Below are positions 30,759 through 37,073 of a stretch of DNA of 55,460 nucleotides, piece after piece. This DNA comes from Planctomycetota bacterium (GTDB taxonomy: Bacteria; Planctomycetota; UBA1135; UBA2386). How positions within the stretch are numbered: position 1 is the first letter of the stretch; each line of letters opens with the position of its first letter. Both the position numbers and the translations under genes were made by a program. Below the pieces are notes generated by a model. The model worked only from the letters and a program-made list of their open reading frames with translations, was not told the DNA's origin and did not search any database. The stretch covers positions 1 through 55,460 of the forward strand of contig JBEAPQ010000326.1 of NCBI GenBank assembly GCA_041164325.1. The letters are read 5' to 3'.

Positions 30759-31475
30759 GTGGTGCAGATCGCAGGTGAAGTGGATCCGCAGGCGCGGATC
30801 GTCCAGCTCGGGGAGCCTCGGCTCTCGGACGCCGAATGCCTGACGCTCGTCCTCCGCGCGCGCGGGGTGCGCGCGGCCGAGGCGGCGGCGCGCGGGCTCC
30901 TGACCCGCTTCGGTGGCGTGGTCGGCGTGGCCGGTGCGTCCGTGCGGGAGCTCTCCAACGTGCCGGGACTCGGCGTTGCGTCGGCCGCGGCGGTTGCGGC
31001 GGCGTTCGGTCTCGCACGACGGCTGTCCGAGGCGCGGTGTGCACCCGGCAAGGCGATCCGCAGCGGGGCCGACGTGGCGCGCCTCGTGCGGGACGCGACG
31101 CGCCACGCGGGACGGGAGCACTTCTTCTCGGTGCTCCTCGACACGCGGCACCGCATCCTCGGCCTCCGGCTGATCTCGGTCGGGAGCCTGCAGACCGCGC
31201 CCGTCCACCCGCGTGAGGTCTTCGTGTCGGCGATCCGCGAGGGGGCTGCCGCCGTGGTCGTCGCCCACAACCACCCGAGCGGGGACCCGACGCCCAGCCC
31301 CGAGGATCGGCGGGTGACCGAGCGGCTGCGCCAGGTGGGTCAGCTGTGCGGGATCGAGGTCCTCGACCACGTCGTCGTCGGCCACGAGACCTACTGGTCG
31401 TTCGCCGACGGGCTGGAGCGCCCGTTCTCACCCTCGGCGGGCGGAGCTGCGGTGGGCCTGGTCGAGGTCCCTTGA
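30759..31475 (+). CDS. radC: RadC-like JAB/MPN domain protein (UPF0758)
   Basis: 238 aa with an N-terminal HhH region (LSNVPGLGVASAAAVAAAFGLARR) and the JAMM motif VVAHNHPSGDPTPSPEDRRVT. Confidence 0.88.
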   Translation: MVQIAGEVDPQARIVQLGEPRLSDAECLTLVLRARGVRAAEAAARGLLTRFGGVVGVAGASVRELSNVPGLGVASAAAVAAAFGLARRLSEARCAPGKAIRSGADVARLVRDATRHAGREHFFSVLLDTRHRILGLRLISVGSLQTAPVHPREVFVSAIREGAAAVVVAHNHPSGDPTPSPEDRRVTERLRQVGQLCGIEVLDHVVVGHETYWSFADGLERPFSPSAGGAAVGLVEVP

Positions 31476-32167
31476 CCCTTGGGGGTCAGCAGGCGAGCCG
31501 CGCCGACCAGGGCTGCGGTCTCGGTCCGCAGGATCAGCGGTCCGAGGTCGACCGGCTGGAATCCGGCGTGGGCCAGCGCGTCCACCTCGCCGGGCGTCAG
31601 GCCGCCCTCGGGCCCGACCACCAGGATGGCGGCCCGGCTCCGGGCCGTTCCGAGCACGGCCTGGGCGCCCGGCGCGGCGACGTAGCGCTCCGCGGGCAGC
31701 GTGTCGTCGGCCAGCAGATCGTCCAGGGGGCTCTCGTCGTGGACGGTCGGGAGCCGCGAGCGGTCGCACTGTTCGGCGGCGGCGGCCACGATGCGCTCGA
31801 ACCGATCCTTGCGCTCCCGGCGGCTCGGGTTCGAGCGTGCGAACAGAAGGGGGCGGAACGCCGCGACGCCGACCTCGGTCCCATGCTCGAACAGCCATTC
31901 GGCCCGGGCACCCTTGGGCAGCGCGCAGGCCAGCTCGACGCGGACGTCCGGCTCCCTCTCCACCGCGGCGGCGGGCTCCACGAGCGCCTCGACGCAGCGC
32001 TTCCCGACGGCCACGAGTTCGGCCCAGGCCTCGGCGCCCGCCCCGTCGAACAGGCGGACCCGATCGCCCGGGCGCGCGCGGACCACGCTCAGGTGGTGGG
32101 CGACCTCGGTGGGGAGGGCGTGCGGTCCCGGCGGCGGCAAGGGCCGGACGAGGTAGCGGCGAGACAC
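31391..32167 (-). CDS. rsmE: 16S rRNA (uracil1498-N3)-methyltransferase RsmE
   Basis: 258 aa with RRYLV...HHLSVVRARPGDRVRLFDG, VGPEGGLTPGEV and LGPLILRTETAAL. Its 3' tail overlaps the 3' end of radC convergently. Confidence 0.85.
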   Translation of the reverse strand: MSRRYLVRPLPPPGPHALPTEVAHHLSVVRARPGDRVRLFDGAGAEAWAELVAVGKRCVEALVEPAAAVEREPDVRVELACALPKGARAEWLFEHGTEVGVAAFRPLLFARSNPSRRERKDRFERIVAAAAEQCDRSRLPTVHDESPLDDLLADDTLPAERYVAAPGAQAVLGTARSRAAILVVGPEGGLTPGEVDALAHAGFQPVDLGPLILRTETAALVGAARLLTPKGQGTSTRPTAAPPAEGENGRSSPSANDQ

Positions 32168-32177
32168 GGTTCGAGAA

Positions 32178-32205
32178 TTGACAACCCGACGGCTCCGCCT
32201 AGCTT
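32178..32205 (+). promoter_or_regulatory. Candidate sigma70-type promoter for the FHA/pseudopilus gene block
   Basis: TTGACA (32178-32183), a 16-nt spacer, then TAGCTT (32200-32205). It lies in the divergent rsmE/FHA spacer and implies a ~270-nt leader. This is pattern match only. Confidence 0.35.
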
Positions 32206-32484
32206 ACGACGCGTGCGCAGACGATTCCCGGGTTCAGCGGACGGCTTGCCCCAGCCTTCCGCGACGCTGCGGTCCCGACCGCGGCAGACCCGAGTCGCCC
32301 TGGCCGACCCGAGGTCGGGCAGTGTGCTGGGACAGACCCCGCTCGCACCGTGCCTTCGCGGCACGCGGGGCTGGCTCGGCACGCTCTCCGTTCCAGAGGT
32401 CGGCACCGTGCGCCGTGTGTCCTCGACGGGCCGCGGATTCGGTCGTGCCTTCGGACCACCGGGCGCAGAACCCCGAGAGACCCC

Positions 32485-34500
32485 ATGAACCGCTACGTCC
32501 TGGAAGTCCTGGACGGAGACCAGGCCGGCACTGTCGTCGAGCTGGGCGCCGAGCGCCTGGTCCTCGGCCGACGCCCCGATGCCGGTCTCGTCGTCCGTGA
32601 CGAGAAGTGTTCGGGCCATCACGCCGAGGTCGTCCTGGAGGACGGTCGCCACGTGCTGCGTGACCTCGGTTCGACGAACGGCACGTCGATGGACAACCGG
32701 CGCGTGACCGAGGTCGTCCTGTCGGCGGGAGACGTGTTCTCGCTCGGGCGGGTCCGGATCGTCTACCGCTCGGCCGAGGCGGCCGTTCGCGCGGCGGGCG
32801 CCGAAGACGGCGACCTCGCCGGGATGGCGCTCGGACGGGTCGACATGGACCGCCTCCGCTCCTCCGGGCGTCGCCGCGGTTCGCTCCTCGGGACGGCGCT
32901 CTTCGTCGCCGTGGTCGGGGCGGGCGGTTGGTACGCCCTGCAGGGGCAGTTCGGTGGCGAGCAGAGCCAAGGACCCAGCCAGCTGCGTCCGATGGTGATC
33001 CCGGGCAACAAGCTCGCGTCGGCCGCGGCCGACTTCGAGGCCGACGGCGGGTGGAACCTCCAAGGGCTCGACTTCGCCGCGCCGTTCGACCTTGCGACGG
33101 GCCGCGCGCGGGCGCACTCGGGCACGTCGGCGCTGGTCGCGGCCGGCTTCCCGGCCGAGGACGGCGTCGAGGCCCGCAACTTCGCGTTCGCGACGCTGGC
33201 GGAACCGATCCAGGTCAGCTCCGGACAGCCGCTCGAGGTCGTCGCCCACGTCCGCACGGCAGGAGCTGGCCGCGCGCTGGTCCGCGTCGCGTTCGAGATG
33301 GGTGAAGACGAGTCGGGCGCCGGTCCGGCCAAGATCCGCACCGGTTCGGCGCCGGTCGTCAGCACGGACGGCTACCAGGAGGTCCGCTTCGCGGTGCGGG
33401 CGCCCCGCGGGGCGGTCCGTGCGACCCTCGAGCTCTTCGCCTGGGTGCCGACCCCGGAGGACGAGGTCTACGTCGACGATGTCGCGGTGCTCGCGGCCGG
33501 CAACGGCGTCGCCGTCGAAGGTGTCGCCGGTGGCGCCACGCTGAACGGCGCCGGTGCCTCGGTCAGGCTGGACGAAGTCGAACTGCCGACGATCCTCGGC
33601 GTGCAGCCGATGATCGGCGACGACCCGATGCTCGGCGTCCTCGCGCGGCACGGCCTCCTCGTCCCGTCGGACGCGGGGCTGTCGCTCGCGGTCGAGACCC
33701 TCCCCGAGGGCGAGGGCTTCCGTCTGTCCTGGACCGGCGGTCCGGTCCGGGGGCTGGCCGTCGAAGTCCCGCCGGAGAGCGCCGACTGCCGGATTCGCGC
33801 GGGATCGGGCCCCTTCGAGCCCCGGGATCCTGACTTCGAGGCGTCCCCGGTCCGCCAGATCCTCTGTGGGACCGACGCGAACCGGGCGGTCCTGATCCCT
33901 TCGGGTGCCCAGTCGGTCCGCGGCATTCTCCGCCCCTCGAGCTGGACCCTGGAGTTCGCCGGCGCGACGTCCCTCGACGTCGAGGTCGCGTTCACCGACG
34001 AGACCGTGCAGGCCCGGGACCGCGCGCGGCAGGCCCGTTTCGCGGCGGACGAGGGGCGTGCGGCGGAGGCGCTGGCGCTCGTCGACAGCCTGGTCCAGGA
34101 ACTGCCGCACGACGCGGGCGCGCTCCGGGATGCGATGGCGGTCAAGGCGGAGGTGCTCGCCAACCAGGAGCGTGAGGTCGAGCGGTTGCTCCGCGACGCG
34201 GCCGAAGCCGAGTTCTTCGACGCGCGCGTCGGCTACCAGCGGATCGCCAGCGAGGTCCAGGCGCTGACCGCCCGCTATGGCGCGGACAACCTGATCCGTC
34301 GCGACGAGATCGAAGCGGCTGCGGCACGCATGGACGCTGGCATCGCCGTGCTCGACGTCCGCGAGGGACGCGAGCGCGCCGAGATGCTGGCGGTCCTCGC
34401 AGATGCGTTCGAACAGGTCGGGAACGGTGAGCTCGCGAAGTTCGTCCGGAACTACGTCGAGCGCCTGCCGAAGCCCGAGCCCGAGTCGGGAGACAAGTGA
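32485..34500 (+). CDS. FHA domain - single TM - extracytoplasmic jelly-roll (CBM4/9-like) - helical C-terminal region protein
   Basis: The ATG at 32485 gives MNRYVLEVLDGDQAGTVVELGAERLVLGRRPDAGLVVRDEKCSGHHAEV...LGSTNGTSMDNRRV, a typical FHA domain. The TM helix is LLGTALFVAVVGAGGWYAL. The beta-sandwich runs from NKLASAAADFEADGGWNLQG to EVYVDDVAVL. Confidence 0.85.
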   Translation: MNRYVLEVLDGDQAGTVVELGAERLVLGRRPDAGLVVRDEKCSGHHAEVVLEDGRHVLRDLGSTNGTSMDNRRVTEVVLSAGDVFSLGRVRIVYRSAEAAVRAAGAEDGDLAGMALGRVDMDRLRSSGRRRGSLLGTALFVAVVGAGGWYALQGQFGGEQSQGPSQLRPMVIPGNKLASAAADFEADGGWNLQGLDFAAPFDLATGRARAHSGTSALVAAGFPAEDGVEARNFAFATLAEPIQVSSGQPLEVVAHVRTAGAGRALVRVAFEMGEDESGAGPAKIRTGSAPVVSTDGYQEVRFAVRAPRGAVRATLELFAWVPTPEDEVYVDDVAVLAAGNGVAVEGVAGGATLNGAGASVRLDEVELPTILGVQPMIGDDPMLGVLARHGLLVPSDAGLSLAVETLPEGEGFRLSWTGGPVRGLAVEVPPESADCRIRAGSGPFEPRDPDFEASPVRQILCGTDANRAVLIPSGAQSVRGILRPSSWTLEFAGATSLDVEVAFTDETVQARDRARQARFAADEGRAAEALALVDSLVQELPHDAGALRDAMAVKAEVLANQEREVERLLRDAAEAEFFDARVGYQRIASEVQALTARYGADNLIRRDEIEAAAARMDAGIAVLDVREGRERAEMLAVLADAFEQVGNGELAKFVRNYVERLPKPEPESGDK

Positions 34501-34569
34501 CCGGTGGATTCTGACCGGATACCCCTGACCCGCACCCCAGATCGGACCCCAACACCGGAACGCTAGACC

Positions 34570-36213
34570 ATGGCCGGGAAAGCAACCGCGATCGACATCG
34601 GCTCGCACAGCACCAAGGTGCTGTCCCTCAAGGCCGGCAAGCACGGGCTGTCCCTGGCTCGCTTCCAGGCCTACCCGACCTCGGAAGGAGCGGGTGGCGC
34701 CTCCGGCATCTCCCTCAAGGGTGTGGTCGCAGGCCTCGCCGGGCGGGACATGACGCTGCGCTACACGCAGGTCCCCCCCTCGCCGGACTGGCAGCTCCGC
34801 AACCTCATGGAGCTCGAGATCCAGGACATGGCCGGTCAGAGCGGGGGTGACCTGTCGGCCGACTACAACCTCCTGCCGATCGAGGACGAAGAGGGCGGCA
34901 ACGACACGGTCCTGCTCGCGTTCGCGCGCAACGAGGCCCTCGATCGCGCCCACTCCGTCGTCCGCGCGGCCGGCGGCTCGGTCGACGCCCACGTGCCGAA
35001 CTGCATCGCGCTCTACAACGCGTTCGTGCGCTGCGGTCCGGTCGAGGAAGATGCGACGGTCTGCGTCGTGAACCTCGGCCGGGAGACGATCGACCTTGCG
35101 ATCGTCAAGGGCGTCGACCTCCTGTTCGTCCGCAACCTGTCGAGCGGTGGCAAGGTCTTCGACGACGCGATCGCCGCGGCGTTCGGCGTGTCGGAGCGAA
35201 AGGCCGAAGCCCTGAAGAAGGACCTGCTCGACCTCGATCCGTCGAGCCGCGGGCGCTACGCGTCGGGCCAGGCCGAGAAGGTCACGGTCGCGGCAGGGGG
35301 CGCTGGCAGCATGATCGCGTCGGCGATCCAGTCTTCGCTGGCGTTCTGCCGCAACCAGACGCACAACCCGTCGCTCCAGCTCGACAAGGTCCTCATCTGC
35401 GGCGGCACCGCCAAGGCGCGCGGCATCCGCGGGATGCTGCGCGAGGCGCTGCGCTGCCCGGTCGAGGCGTTCGATCCGTTCGAGACGGTCGACATCTCGA
35501 CGCTTCCCGAGGCCGACGTCGACGCGTTCGAGCGGCACAAGTCCGAGGCGGTCGTCGCGCTCGGGCTGGCCGCGGGCCGCGTGGACGGGAGCCTCTACCA
35601 GCTCGAGATCCTGCCGGAGGCCGTCAAGCGGCGCCGTCGTTTCGTCGAGCAGACGATCTGGAACATCGCGGCCGGTCTCGTGGTCGTGGCGCTCCTCGGA
35701 TTCACGGCCGCGACGCAGAGTTCCCAGGTCCAGGAGGCGGACGAGGCGTTCCGGACGCTGAGCCGGATCAAGTCGCGCGTCCAGACGACGCACGGCGACA
35801 CCGAGCGCTTGGTTGCCGCCAACGACCGGCTGCGCAAGGTCACGGACTTCGTCGCCGAGCGGGCGATCGCCCTCGATGGTGCGATCCTCGCGCTCCGCTC
35901 GCTGGGCAGCGCGATGCCCGAGGAGTTCTGGATGACCCGGTTCGAGGTCGCCTCGCGGGCGCTCGAGAACCGGCGCGGCTCCGCGCCGAAGCCGGTCGTT
36001 CTGGTCCAGGTGGCCGGGAAGGACGTGGCGGGTCGCGGGGTCGGAGACGCCTACACGCGTTTCCTCGCGGAGTTCAAACAGCAGGAGCACGACGGTGTGT
36101 CTCCGGCGATCAGCACGCAGCGCGGCGCGGACGCCGCGGGCAACGAGACTTTCACGTGGACGATCGACTACCGGCCGGAACAGGCCGGGGGCGACGTCCA
36201 GGAAGACAACTGA
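34570..36213 (+). CDS. PilM-PilN fusion (GspL-like): cytoplasmic actin-like ATPase-fold domain + TM + periplasmic domain
   Basis: 547 aa. The PilM-type start is KATAIDIGSHSTKVLSLK, with ...VVNLGRETIDLAIV and ...ICGGTAKARGI. This is followed by LEILPEAVKRRRRF, the TM helix IWNIAAGLVVVALLGFTAA and a coiled-coil/ferredoxin-like periplasmic part. Confidence 0.8.
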   Translation: MAGKATAIDIGSHSTKVLSLKAGKHGLSLARFQAYPTSEGAGGASGISLKGVVAGLAGRDMTLRYTQVPPSPDWQLRNLMELEIQDMAGQSGGDLSADYNLLPIEDEEGGNDTVLLAFARNEALDRAHSVVRAAGGSVDAHVPNCIALYNAFVRCGPVEEDATVCVVNLGRETIDLAIVKGVDLLFVRNLSSGGKVFDDAIAAAFGVSERKAEALKKDLLDLDPSSRGRYASGQAEKVTVAAGGAGSMIASAIQSSLAFCRNQTHNPSLQLDKVLICGGTAKARGIRGMLREALRCPVEAFDPFETVDISTLPEADVDAFERHKSEAVVALGLAAGRVDGSLYQLEILPEAVKRRRRFVEQTIWNIAAGLVVVALLGFTAATQSSQVQEADEAFRTLSRIKSRVQTTHGDTERLVAANDRLRKVTDFVAERAIALDGAILALRSLGSAMPEEFWMTRFEVASRALENRRGSAPKPVVLVQVAGKDVAGRGVGDAYTRFLAEFKQQEHDGVSPAISTQRGADAAGNETFTWTIDYRPEQAGGDVQEDN

Positions 36214-36228
36214 GGCGGAGGAGGAACC

Positions 36229-37068
36229 TTGGATCTCCAGGACTTCTGGCAGGAGAACAAGCGCTGGATCCTCGGCGTCTTCGCCGGGTTGATCGTCTAC
36301 TGGGTCGGCGGCGGCATCGTTTCCGCGGTCTTCGGCGGCGCTTCGGCGTCCGGCCGGGTCCTCGCGATGGCGCGCGACCTGCAGCGTGAGGAGTACTACG
36401 ACGCGCAGGCGCTGCGCACGGCCCGCGAAGAGAACGAGCGTCTGATGGCGCTCGTCGAACGGGTGCGCGCCCATGCGGCCTTCGTTCCCGACGACGAGTT
36501 CGTGCTGACCGGCAAGGGCGACCCGGACCTCTACTTCCCCGAGGTGGAACGCCGGGTCCGCTCGCGCCTCGTGGCCTACGCGCAGGAGCGTTCGGTGGCG
36601 ATCGACGAGCGCGATCTCGTGTGGCCCGCGGCCGTTTCGCGCGAAGAGAAGGAACAGACGCTGGTCGGGCTCTGCGCGCTGCAGCACGCGGCGATCCGGC
36701 TCGTGGATGCCGGCGAGCTCGTGCGCCAAGAAGTCGCGGACGCCGTCGGACTGCAGTCGATCGAGTCCCTGCAGATCGAGAAGCGCGTCGGCTCGTCGTC
36801 GAGTCGGCGCGGGCGCCGCACGGCGGACAGCGAGATCGCCGGGCTCGTCGACGAGTACCGCGTCAAGTTCCGGTTCCGCGCCGACACCGCCACGCTCCAG
36901 GCGTGGCTCGAGAAGCTCCGCGCGGAGTCGCCGTCGATCGGGCTGGCTCCGGAGCTCCGCGTGACCCCGGGGGACCAGGTCGGCGACCCGGTCCTCGTCC
37001 AGGGCTCGCTCGCGGCCCTCGTGATTCGTGATCTCACCGCTACGGACAGCGCCAACCAGGACGGCTGA
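36229..37068 (+). CDS. PilO/GspM-like bitopic inner-membrane assembly protein
   Basis: 279 aa. The TTG start follows GGAGGAGGA. The N-terminal TM helix is WILGVFAGLIVYWVGGGIVSAVF, then a coiled coil and an alpha/beta C-terminal domain. The assignment rests on architecture and position, not on strong motifs. Confidence 0.6.
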   Translation: MDLQDFWQENKRWILGVFAGLIVYWVGGGIVSAVFGGASASGRVLAMARDLQREEYYDAQALRTAREENERLMALVERVRAHAAFVPDDEFVLTGKGDPDLYFPEVERRVRSRLVAYAQERSVAIDERDLVWPAAVSREEKEQTLVGLCALQHAAIRLVDAGELVRQEVADAVGLQSIESLQIEKRVGSSSSRRGRRTADSEIAGLVDEYRVKFRFRADTATLQAWLEKLRAESPSIGLAPELRVTPGDQVGDPVLVQGSLAALVIRDLTATDSANQDG

Positions 37069-37073
37069 ACTCC

